Shown: positions 1 through 7,469, numbered from the stretch's first letter. The stretch: 64,000 nt of DNA from Tepidiformaceae bacterium (GCA_965207815.1 OZ242314.1:591234-655233), one strand, 5' to 3'. Program-made: numbers and translations. The notes: generated by a model from the sequence alone, not told the origin.

Positions 1-137
1 CCCAGCGTCTGCGCCGTCCCCCGGAAGCTCACCGTCGGCTCGCCGTCGACGGTCACCCCGGCGACCACGATCGGATGCCCTTCCGCGAATGCTTCGTTGA
101 AGTCCCGCTTAACCGGCTCGGGCAAAACGATCGCCAC
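1..137 (-). CDS. Pyridoxamine 5'-phosphate oxidase (PPOX)/F420-dependent-like protein, N-terminal part; the gene continues past the window edge
   Basis: My own translation of the reverse strand from GTG at 137 gives VAIVLPEPVKRDFNEAFAEGHPIVVAGVTVDGEPTVSFRGTAQTL. This resembles the N-termini of PPOX-family proteins. It lies directly downstream of the ferredoxin gene. It is too short to appear in the ORF track. Confidence 0.4.
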   Translation of the reverse strand, partial: MAIVLPEPVKRDFNEAFAEGHPIVVAGVTVDGEPTVSFRGTAQTL

Positions 138-141
138 GGCG

Positions 142-345
142 CTAGCCCTCGTCGTCGACCAGGCTGATCGCCTGCGCCGGACACATCTCGATGGCGTCGT
201 TCGCCAGGTCGATCTGCTCCCCCTCGGGGTGCTCGACCGTGACCACCGGCCAGTTCTCCTCGTCCCGCTCGAACACGTCCGGCTGCAGGTAGGAGCACTG
301 CCCCGACTTCAGGCACAGCCGCCGCTCGATTACCAGTTTCTGCAT
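142..345 (-). CDS. Small ferredoxin (3Fe-4S/4Fe-4S type), probable P450 redox partner
   Basis: ORF 142..399. The internal ATG at 345 is preceded by GGAG. The sequence MQKLVIERRLCLKSGQCSYLQPDVF...AIEMCPAQAI is ferredoxin-like. It sits 29 nt downstream of the P450 stop. Confidence 0.8.
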   Translation of the reverse strand: MQKLVIERRLCLKSGQCSYLQPDVFERDEENWPVVTVEHPEGEQIDLANDAIEMCPAQAISLVDDEG

Positions 346-374
346 CGCCTGCTCCGTTCTCCCGGCCCGGCCGG

Positions 375-1619
375 TCAGCTCTTCGAGGGAGGATCCCACG
401 CCACGGGCAGTGTCTCAACGCCGTGCAGCACGGGCGCCGTGATCTCCTCCGGCTCGCCCGTCAGCCGCAGGTTCGGCATCCGCTCCAGCACCAGCTTCAG
501 CGCCACCTTCGCCTCCACCCGCGCGAGGGGCGCGCCCATGCAGTAGTGGATGCCCTGCCCGAACGCGTAGTGCAGCTTCAGATCCTCGTAGTCGCGCGTC
601 ACGTCGAATTTCTCCGGGTCCTCCCATATCTCCGGGTCGAGGTTGGCCGACCCGAACATGCAGAGCACCTTCGTATCCTTCGGCACCTGCACGCCCAGGA
701 ACTCCTGGTCTTGCACCGCCGTCCGGAAGAGCCCGTTCACCGGGGCGTCGTAGCGCAGGCTCTCCTCGACGCACGTCTCGTACAGGTCCGGATTGTTCTT
801 AACCAGCTCCATCTGGTCCGGGTGCTGGAGCAGGCGGTAGATCATGTTGCCGATGAGCTGCGTCGTCGTCGCGCTCCCCGCGATGAAGAGGAAGCCCATG
901 AAGCCGACGATCTCGTCGTCCCGGAGCGTGCGGCCGTTCAGCTCCGTCGTCACGAGCGCCGTGAGGGTGTCCTGCGGCATTGCCTCGCCGGCGGCGTACA
1001 TCGCCCGCCGCTCCGCGATCCTCCCGAGGAAGTACTGCACCTCCTCCTGTCCGCGGGTGCCGCCCGAACGGTCGCCGCCTTCGCCTGCGGCCTGCTCCCG
1101 CATCTGCCGCACCATCTCCTCCTGTTCGAGCGCGTCCGCGGAGATGACGGCGTCCGCCCGCGGGCGCATCTGCTGCACGAGGTCCGGGTCGAGTCCGAGC
1201 AGCCAGGCGATCACGATCAGCGGGATTGGCACCGCCAGCAGCTGCATGAAGTCGCCCTCGCCCTTCTCCACGAAGCCGTCGATGATCTCGTCGACCAGCT
1301 CCGTGATCTCCGGCTCCATCGCCAGCAGGCTGGCCGGGGTGAAGGCGCGGTTCACGATGCGCCGGTCGAAGGTGTGCTCCGGCGGGTCCACGCTCACGAG
1401 CACGCCGCCGCCGCCCTCGCGCGAAAGCCCCGGGCCCAGCTCACTCGTCCAGTTCTTCCAGTCATGCAGCAGCGCCCGCACGTCCTTCTCGCGCGTCACC
1501 GCGTACCAGTCGAACGGCTCCTCGGCGTGCGCCATCGGGCACTCCTCGCGCATGCGCGCGAAGTGCGGGTGCACGTCCTTCTGGAACTCGGGATCGAAGA
1601 AGTCGAAGTCAGAGGCCAT
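375..1619 (-). CDS. Cytochrome P450
   Basis: Heme-binding signature FGQGIHYCMGAPLA, an AGSATT I-helix and an EESLR motif. The start was moved to ATG 1619 (MASDFDFFDPEF), which is preceded by GGAGGAG. The Arg/Gly-rich upstream extension of the ORF was discarded. Confidence 0.9.
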   Translation of the reverse strand: MASDFDFFDPEFQKDVHPHFARMREECPMAHAEEPFDWYAVTREKDVRALLHDWKNWTSELGPGLSREGGGGVLVSVDPPEHTFDRRIVNRAFTPASLLAMEPEITELVDEIIDGFVEKGEGDFMQLLAVPIPLIVIAWLLGLDPDLVQQMRPRADAVISADALEQEEMVRQMREQAAGEGGDRSGGTRGQEEVQYFLGRIAERRAMYAAGEAMPQDTLTALVTTELNGRTLRDDEIVGFMGFLFIAGSATTTQLIGNMIYRLLQHPDQMELVKNNPDLYETCVEESLRYDAPVNGLFRTAVQDQEFLGVQVPKDTKVLCMFGSANLDPEIWEDPEKFDVTRDYEDLKLHYAFGQGIHYCMGAPLARVEAKVALKLVLERMPNLRLTGEPEEITAPVLHGVETLPVAWDPPSKS

Positions 1620-1678
1620 CGGGGCTCCTCCAGTGGGAGGAGACTCTACCCCACAGGCCGGAGAGTGGCCGTGGTTCG

Positions 1679-2368
1679 CTAGCCTGCTTCGCCCCGCGCC
1701 AGCGCCACCGTGTCCGAGGAGTACATGGTGAGGCGTCCCTGGCGTTCCTCTGCGATGCGTCGGCAGCGCTCGGCGGCTTCGTCCGTGGTGGCGCCCGCGA
1801 GCGTGACGCAGGCTGAACAAATCATCATGTTCGCCAGATCCTCGAGGGCGATGCGCCCCCCCGCCCAGTCGATGGTGACGCCGCGGCGGATGCCGCTGAT
1901 GAGCGTAGCCAGCACCGTTGGGTCCACCCAGTCCTGGAGTTGACCGTCCGAACGCATCTCCTCCACGGCCTCGACCAGCGCCTGTAACCCTTCAAGGCGG
2001 AGCGCCCTCCCGAGCCGTTGCCCTCCCGGACGCGATCGGAAGGAATCCATCAGCGTCCGAACGTAAGTAGGTTCACGCCTCATCGTCTCGGCGGTCGAGG
2101 TGAGGATGGCGATGACGCGGTCCAGGCCGCGCACGCCGACGGCCGGTCCGGCCTCTTCGAGGAGCTGCTCGTAGTGCTCCAGCACTGCCTCGTAGAGCAG
2201 CTCGTCCTTGCTCCCGAAGGTGTTGTAAAGGGTCGGCGCGGTCACGCCGGCGGCCTGAGCCAGCCCCTTCATCGTGACGCCTTGATAACCGACGCGCCCG
2301 ACGTACTCCCGCGCAGCGTTCAGGATTCGCTTCCGCCGCTCAAGCCGTTTCTCATCGCCGAGAGGCAT
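1679..2368 (-). CDS. TetR/AcrR family transcriptional regulator
   Basis: The N-terminal HTH RILNAAREYVGRVGYQGVTMKGLAQAAGVTAPTLYNTFGSKDELL is typical of TetR_N. Confidence 0.9.
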   Translation of the reverse strand: MPLGDEKRLERRKRILNAAREYVGRVGYQGVTMKGLAQAAGVTAPTLYNTFGSKDELLYEAVLEHYEQLLEEAGPAVGVRGLDRVIAILTSTAETMRREPTYVRTLMDSFRSRPGGQRLGRALRLEGLQALVEAVEEMRSDGQLQDWVDPTVLATLISGIRRGVTIDWAGGRIALEDLANMMICSACVTLAGATTDEAAERCRRIAEERQGRLTMYSSDTVALARGEAG

Positions 2369-2406
2369 ATGGCGCGATTGTACCAGCGCTCGCCGCCGAG
2401 CCGCCC

Positions 2407-2424
2407 CCTACCACTGGTCCCAGT
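2407..2424. repeat. Direct repeat copy A (CCTACCACTGGTCCCAGT); its partner is at 8541-8558
   Basis: 17 of 18 positions are identical to 8541-8558. This copy overlaps the stop of the GmrSD-like gene. On the reverse strand it encodes a relic ...NWDQW*, which mirrors the nitroreductase C-terminus VHWDQW*. Confidence 0.55.
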
Positions 2425-3405
2425 TAGCCACCCCCTGCGGCTTCCCCTTCAGATGCGAGAGCAAGCACTTCGTTCTCGACGTACCGCTTGAAGGACTCGA
2501 CACTTGTGAAGTGGCGGAACCCATAGTCGTTTGCGATCTGAAGAGTTGCCTGCTCTTCGTCGAGAAGCAAGGCAACTGGCTCGCTTAGCCCTTCCTGCAT
2601 TCCGTGCGGCCAGGCAAGGTCGAGAATCGCCAGCGGGTCGCCAGTGTCTTGGTGCGAGAGTTCGTGCTCGATTTGGCCTTCAGGAAGACCGTACTTCTGG
2701 ACCCAGCTGTTCAGGGCCGCCAAGACCGCTTGTTCCTCGGTGTCTTCGATGCCTCCAGGGATTGCCTTGGGTGCCGGGACCGGGACAGCCGCCAATGGCT
2801 CAGCCACCGTTGGGGGCGTCTCCTCGTGGAGTAACTCCTCAAGCAGGGCGTTTGCCGCATGCGCCAGTAGCTGCTGCCGCGCCTCAAGGAATTGCGGATA
2901 ATTCTCCGTTTCCCACAGATCCTTCTCCATTGGGATCCACTGGGAGGCCAGCGCGCCGGGGTGTTGGGCTTCGATCTCAGGAAAGTACTCCGAGGGAGGC
3001 TTGGCGCCGATCTGCAAGTTCGTGTCCTTCGTCAGAAAGCAAAAGTTCCCAACGGCGTTCACCTGTGATCGATGGTATTCGTTCCGGTACAGCAGGGCCT
3101 TCGGGAAGATGTGGTGGACCTCAAGGCGGTTCATGCTGCCAAGGAGGCCGGTCTTCAGGGCCAACCCAGTGCCCCAGTCCTGAGCTTCTCCGACCCGCGT
3201 CAGTGCGTACAAAACGGGATAGAAGCGAGCCCCTAGGCTCCAGCCCCGGAAGTGTGCGGGCTCAATTCGCAGGCTGCCGTGCCAGAGGCGCAGTTGTTCC
3301 AGCAACTGGTCAACGCCGTGGTCAGGGTCTTCGATGGCCTCAAGGTCTTGGTCGAGGACGGTCTCGGTTGAGCCGGAGAACCTTCCCCACATGGCGCTTT
3401 GGAAA
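2424..3405 (-). pseudogene. GmrSD-like type IV restriction enzyme, C-terminal fragment (DUF1524/HNH-like nuclease half), separated from its N-terminal half by an IS insertion
   Basis: ORF 2424..3392 contains the LEVHHIFPKALL ... NAVGNFCFLTKDTN motifs of DUF1524. Joining it to 7515..8523 restores ...LYWYFQ-SAMWGRFSGSTE... Confidence 0.8.
3398..3405. repeat. Target-site duplication TTTGGAAA (left copy)
   Basis: An identical 8-mer is at 7515-7522. Each copy directly abuts an inverted-repeat terminus. Confidence 0.85.
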
Positions 3406-3448
3406 GGGGACTATATCGCAAAGTGCCCACGGCTCAGGTAGGGTCGGG
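3406..3448. repeat. Left terminal inverted repeat (IRL)
   Basis: About 40 of 43 positions match the reverse complement of 7472-7514, including a 27-bp perfect outer block. Confidence 0.85.
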
Positions 3449-3450
3449 CG

Positions 3451-4323
3451 GTGAGGAAGCGCCTCCCCCGTACGCCTAAGTCCTGCGCCCATTGCGCGCG
3501 GGAGTTTGTTCCAGATCATGGCAACGCCGTGGCGTGCTCCGATGAATGTCGCATGGAGCGGAGGGCGGCGCGCCGCCGTAAGCGCCGCCGCATATGGAGA
3601 CGCAGGCATACCGGCATCCGATGTTTCGGGTGCTTACAGCGGTTCAAGCCCGAAGGTCTGGAACGCTACTGTTCCGAGTCCTGTCGGGAAGGTGGGCTGA
3701 AGCGCTGCGATTGGGACGACTGCGCGGAACGCATTCGGATCGTTCGAGGTAAGCCGACGCGCTATTGCTCCGAGGCTCACATGGAGGCCGCCAGGCGTAG
3801 CGCTCAGGCCCGATCAGAGGCCGCGCGCATCCGGAGGCCGCGCCGCCGACCGTCCAGAGCCCGTCCGGACAAGCACCTGAAGGCACTTGCTAGGGGCGTT
3901 CTGAAGGTTCATCGGGCACGAATGAAACACACCAAAAGGTCGCGGTTCTGTTCTGTCCAATGTGAACTCAAGGATGCTCGCACGAGGGTACGACGGGCGC
4001 AGAGATATCGCGACCGTTACCGGACCGACACGGCGTTTCGCCGATCCGAAAACCGTCGATCGCGCGGGTTACCATCTGAGCGCCGGCGGGAACGGAAGAA
4101 AGCATCAAGAAAGGCGTTTAGAACGGCAGTTTTCCTACAGAGTGCTGGCCGTTGTGAGTATTGCGGGGTGAAGCTGGGCCCTGATTGGCATGTGGATCAC
4201 GTCATGCCCCTCGTGCGAGGGGGAGCGTCTACGCTAGCGAACTGCGTTGCTTCCTGTGTACGTTGCAACATGAAAAAATCTGCCCGTCCCGCGTACGTGA
4301 GACAGGGCGCGCTCCTCGCCTAG
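3451..4323 (+). CDS. HNH endonuclease with an Arg-rich N-terminus carrying four Cys-x2-C...(F/Y)CS-x2-C zinc-finger-like repeats
   Basis: The C-terminus CEYCGVKLGPDWHVDHVMPLVRGGASTLANCVASCVRCNMKK is an HNH motif. The N-terminal repeats are CAHCAREF..ACSDEC, CFGCLQRF..YCSESC, CDWDDC..YCSEAH and FCSVQC. The GTG start lies 2 nt inside IRL. Confidence 0.75.
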   Translation: MRKRLPRTPKSCAHCAREFVPDHGNAVACSDECRMERRAARRRKRRRIWRRRHTGIRCFGCLQRFKPEGLERYCSESCREGGLKRCDWDDCAERIRIVRGKPTRYCSEAHMEAARRSAQARSEAARIRRPRRRPSRARPDKHLKALARGVLKVHRARMKHTKRSRFCSVQCELKDARTRVRRAQRYRDRYRTDTAFRRSENRRSRGLPSERRRERKKASRKAFRTAVFLQSAGRCEYCGVKLGPDWHVDHVMPLVRGGASTLANCVASCVRCNMKKSARPAYVRQGALLA

Positions 4324-4406
4324 GCGACGCGGGCGCCAGAGAACACCGGCGCAGAAGCACCGGCGTAGTTGCACCGGGGGCCGTGCTCCGGATGCTAGAG
4401 TAGGCA

Positions 4407-4447
4407 GACCGCCCGCCTTGAGGTGCTCTAACCCCGGGCGGGCGGTC
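4407..4447. terminator. GC-rich hairpin between the convergent HNH and transposase genes
   Basis: GACCGCCCGCC (4407-4417) pairs with GGCGGGCGGTC (4437-4447) around a 19-nt loop. There is no clear U-tract, so it may be a bidirectional terminator or only a stable structure. Confidence 0.35.
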
Positions 4448-4488
4448 CACCCTCCAAGCGTATCACCGCCGCGACTCAGGCCCCAGCG

Positions 4489-5427
4489 CTACGCCTCCGC
4501 GATGAGGTCCGCGTAGCGGAGCCGCCTACCGATCATCATGCGCGCCAGCAGGCGCATCTGGTCCAGCGTGTCGAGCTCGCGGACGTTGTGGCGGTTCGCG
4601 AACTCCGTGACGTAGCGGTCGAGGTGCTTGTGGCTCATCCAGTGGTAGGTCCCCATGTAGCCGCGCTTCAGCATCGACCAGAAGGACTCGATGCCCTGTG
4701 TGTGCGCCATGTCGCGGACGTACTCACCCGTGCCATGCCGGACGGCCTCGCGGTTCGGGAGCCGGTCGTAGGCGCTCGCCTCGTCCGTGTAGACCATCGC
4801 CCCGTCGGCGGTGTGGTCCCGCACGAATCCGGTCAGGGTCTCCGCGTCCGTGTGGGCGACGACGGCGGCTGAGACGCGGTTTGTGTCGCGGTCTTTCACG
4901 CCCGCGACGGCGGCCTTGCCCACGGTCCCCCGGCCGGCGCGCAGCTTCTTCGAGGCGTGCTTGTTGGCCTCCTTGCCGCCCACGTAGGTCTCGTCGGCCT
5001 CTACCGGTCCGCTGAACAGCTCGCCGCCAGCTTCGGCAGCGGCAGCGCGGAGGCGGTGCGCCAGGTGCCACGCGGACTTCTGCGTGATCTCCAGGTCGCG
5101 GTGGAGCTTGAGGCTGGACACGCCCTTCAGGCTGGTGGTCAGCAGGTACATGGCGAGCGCCCACGTCTGGAACCCGAGCTTCGAGGACTCCATGACCGTA
5201 CCGGTGCGGACGCTGAACCGCTTGCGGCAGTCGCGGCAGCGGAAGCGCATCGTCTTGTGCTTGGCGCCGTCGAGGACGTTCTGCGAGCCGCAGTGGTGGC
5301 AGGCCACGCCATCCGGCCAGCGCTGCTCGACGAACCAGCGCTCGGCGGTGGCGTCGTCGGGGAACATGCGCAGCAGCGCCGTGAGGCTGATGCCCTCGCG
5401 GTTGCTCTTGCCTGGTGCGTTCCCCAT
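4489..5427 (-). CDS. IS1595-family (ISXO2-like) DDE transposase
   Basis: N-terminal zinc ribbon CHHCGS...CRDCRKRF. The DDE_Tnp_IS1595-like core contains EADETYVGG ... VYTDEASAYD ... IESFWSMLKRGYMGTYHWMSHKHLDRYVTEFANRHN. Confidence 0.9.
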   Translation of the reverse strand: MGNAPGKSNREGISLTALLRMFPDDATAERWFVEQRWPDGVACHHCGSQNVLDGAKHKTMRFRCRDCRKRFSVRTGTVMESSKLGFQTWALAMYLLTTSLKGVSSLKLHRDLEITQKSAWHLAHRLRAAAAEAGGELFSGPVEADETYVGGKEANKHASKKLRAGRGTVGKAAVAGVKDRDTNRVSAAVVAHTDAETLTGFVRDHTADGAMVYTDEASAYDRLPNREAVRHGTGEYVRDMAHTQGIESFWSMLKRGYMGTYHWMSHKHLDRYVTEFANRHNVRELDTLDQMRLLARMMIGRRLRYADLIAEA

Positions 5428-5607
5428 GTCTCCGGCTCCTTTAGAGTAGTATAGTGCCCAAAGCGCACGGAGTCAACGCGCCACCTTGACACCCTCCGGC
5501 CCGTAGGCCCCACTGCTGGGGCGGCTGTCGCACTTGACAACCCGCAAGAATCCGCCCCCATACTGTGACCAGCACAGACGGGCGGCAGCCCGGAGGGATA
5601 CACCTAG

Positions 5608-5760
5608 ATGGCCGACGCTGAGCGCAAGCCTGCGCACCATGCAAAGGGACGCCCACCCCGCCCGTACCAGAACGAGCAGGACCTGCGGATCGACATGTCG
5701 CCCGAGGAATTGGCGAAAGCCGTCCTCAGCGGCAAGGGCGTAGACGCGGAAAGCGACTAG
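5608..5760 (+). CDS. Hypothetical 50-aa protein, not in the ORF track
   Basis: My own translation gives MADAERKPAHHAKGRPPRPYQNEQDLRIDMSPEELAKAVLSGKGVDAESD. GGAGGG lies about 9 nt upstream of the ATG, and a TTGACA box is further upstream. Its stop abuts the tRNA on the opposite strand. Confidence 0.3.
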   Translation: MADAERKPAHHAKGRPPRPYQNEQDLRIDMSPEELAKAVLSGKGVDAESD

Positions 5761-5833
5761 CGCCCCAGGCAGGACTCGAACCTGCGACCCCCCAGGTGGT
5801 AACCGGGCGCTCTATCCTCTGAGCTACTGAGGC
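5761..5833 (-). tRNA. Class I tRNA, formal anticodon ACC (would read Gly GGU); isotype ambiguous
   Basis: Hand-folded cloverleaf: GCCUCAG UA GCUC AGAGGAUA GAGC G CCCGG UUACCAC CUGGG GGGUC GCAGG UUCGAGU CCUGC CUGGGGC G. All four stems are intact. It has discriminator G73 and no encoded CCA. Confidence 0.75.
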
Positions 5834-5857
5834 GCTGGAGCAACAAGGAGGGAGAGG

Positions 5858-5941
5858 CGGAGACGGGGAGATTCGAACTCCCGAAACCCGAAGGCTTACC
5901 CGCTTCTGAGGCGGGCTCCATAACCGCTCGGACACGTCTCC
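5858..5941 (-). tRNA. Class II (long variable arm) tRNA with a Ser-type body and anticodon CAG (Leu codon CUG)
   Basis: Hand fold: GGAGACG UG UCCGAGCGGUUAUGGAG CCCGC CUCAGAA GCGGG UAAGCCUUCGGGUUUC GGGAG UUCGAAU CUCCC CGUCUCC G. It has a perfect 7-bp acceptor stem, discriminator G73, A37 and a 16-nt variable arm. CCA is not fully encoded. Confidence 0.8.
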
Positions 5942-5996
5942 GCTCACTCCCTCCCCCGAACCGTACCAGCGCTCCCGACGGAGGCCCAGCGCGCCG

Positions 5997-6419
5997 TCAG
6001 CGCCACCATTCCTCCTCGCACTGCGCCCCGTCCGTGTTCACGAACAGCCGGTCGTCGTAGAACTCGACCGGCACCAGGCAGCGGTAGGTGGGCAGGTACC
6101 GATCCGGCTGCCCGTACTGCGAGCGGACGGCGGCGGTCTCGTAGGCATGGAGCATCTCCACCAGCACGACGCCCTCGCGGTGGGAGTAGCCGACGCACTC
6201 CGCGTAGACCACGCGCGCCTTCGTAGGGTCGCTGTTGCGGCTCATGACGTTGCGCGTGAGCCGGTCGCAGGCCAAGCGTTCGCGCTCGGCCTGGATCTCC
6301 CTGAGTGAGGGCGTGGGCTCGGGTGCCGGCGTCGGGGGAGGTTCGGCGGCTCCCCCGCAAGCTGCGAGGATGGCCAGCGCGACCACGGCGAGTACAAGAA
6401 CGCGTCGCACGGCTAGCAC
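5997..6419 (-). CDS. Cys-rich lipoprotein (hypothetical)
   Basis: Signal peptide plus lipobox (V/M)LAVRRVLVLAVVALAILAAC, followed by a Pro-rich linker. The GTG start overlaps the stop of the upstream small ORF by 7 nt. Confidence 0.6.
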   Translation of the reverse strand: MLAVRRVLVLAVVALAILAACGGAAEPPPTPAPEPTPSLREIQAERERLACDRLTRNVMSRNSDPTKARVVYAECVGYSHREGVVLVEMLHAYETAAVRSQYGQPDRYLPTYRCLVPVEFYDDRLFVNTDGAQCEEEWWR

Positions 6420-6601
6420 TCGAACGTCCGGTTGTACATCTCACAGGACGCCCGCGAGCCCTGCGCGCAGAGGCGCTCCCATCGCTCGCAGTCGCCCTCG
6501 GAACACGCGTCCACAGCGACGGCGCAGCCGCCCACGATGGCGGCGACGAACAGGACGAGGAACAGGTAGGCGCGGACCGGATAGCGCCGCTGGTCTGTCA
6601 C
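6413..6601 (-). CDS. Small Cys-rich lipoprotein (hypothetical)
   Basis: Within ORF 6413..6787 an internal GTG at 6601 gives VTDQRRYPVRAYLFLVLFVAAIVGGCAVAVDACSEGDCERWERLCAQGSRASCEMYNRTFEC, which has a signal/lipobox pattern. The start and RBS are weak. Confidence 0.4.
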   Translation of the reverse strand: MTDQRRYPVRAYLFLVLFVAAIVGGCAVAVDACSEGDCERWERLCAQGSRASCEMYNRTFEC

Positions 6602-6936
6602 AGAGGAGCCCTCTTGCGGCAGGATGAGGCGAACCTGTGGAAAGCCACCGTCGATCCGACATGGGCCGCAAGGGGGCGCGAGCGCGCCCCATCCCGTGAA
6701 TCCCACGCCGGGGTAGGTGACTTTCCACAGTCGCGCTCGATGCTGCGCGACAGCGCAAGGGGTGTCAAGGTTTCCGGCGGGCGGCAAAGGCTCGGGCGGG
6801 TAGGCGTTTTAGCAGAGGGGCTGGGCCTGCGGCTCAGGCGGTGATACGCTTCGGAGGACCGCCCCGGGGCCCTCAAAGGTCTGGTCGGCCACCTCGGGGC
6901 GGTCTCCCGATTCTACCATCCACAGGCTCCCCGCCC

Positions 6937-7149
6937 ATGCCCGTCTACTGCGTGCGCCCTATCCCGTACGGCGGCGGCTGGTACGTCGCGCCGGAGGGCT
7001 CGCCGTTCGCGCTACAGACCTTCCGGCAGCGCGGGGACGCGATCAGGGAGGCGCGCAAGCTGCGCGGCCGGGAGCGGGGAGAGGTCAGGGTGTACGGCTA
7101 TGACGGGCGCTACAGCTACTCGGACACCGCGCCGTGGCTCGGGGACTGA
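6937..7149 (+). CDS. DUF2188-like small protein
   Basis: From the internal ATG at 6937 the sequence is MPVYCVRPIPYGGGWYVAPEGSPFALQTFRQRGDAIREARKLRGRERGEVRVYGYDGRYSY. This fits the DUF2188 pattern (GW.V...g......f....eAi..Ar.......e..v...dG). Confidence 0.55.
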   Translation: MPVYCVRPIPYGGGWYVAPEGSPFALQTFRQRGDAIREARKLRGRERGEVRVYGYDGRYSYSDTAPWLGD

Positions 7150-7469
7150 AGATCGCCCGCCTCGCGCCACTGCGCGAGTCTCGCCGCCCGGTTCTCCATC
7201 TCGGTGGCCGTAACTCCGTCGAGGATTCCCGAATCCGGTTCCGCGTAGAGCCAGAGGTCGTCGAAGTCGTGCGCGACGGTGAAACCGCACCGGTCGCAGA
7301 GCCAGTTCATTGCATTAATCTCGGTGAGAGGCCCGCCGCAGTCTGTGCAGAACCTGGCAACGAAGTAGATGCGGAGGCAGGGCAAACACTGGCGATCCTT
7401 ACCGAACGGCTCCAGCGTCGCGCCGCAGCACAGGCAGGTGTTCGGCTGCGCGTTCTCATGAATGGCCAT
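7116..7469 (-). CDS. Zinc-ribbon protein (hypothetical)
   Basis: Three CxxC pairs are present: CLCCG..CLPC, CTDCGG and CDRCG. The start (GTG 7472 or ATG 7469) sits at the inner edge of IRR, mirroring the HNH gene at IRL. Confidence 0.5.
   Translation of the reverse strand: MAIHENAQPNTCLCCGATLEPFGKDRQCLPCLRIYFVARFCTDCGGPLTEINAMNWLCDRCGFTVAHDFDDLWLYAEPDSGILDGVTATEMENRAARLAQWREAGDLQSPSHGAVSE

Noticed and set aside
5534-5743. A 69-aa forward-strand track ORF between the transposase and the tRNAs.
   Set aside because: It is Arg-rich and has no RBS. The alternative-frame 50-aa ORF (5608-5760) has a proper GGAGGG site and a more protein-like sequence, though it too is low confidence.
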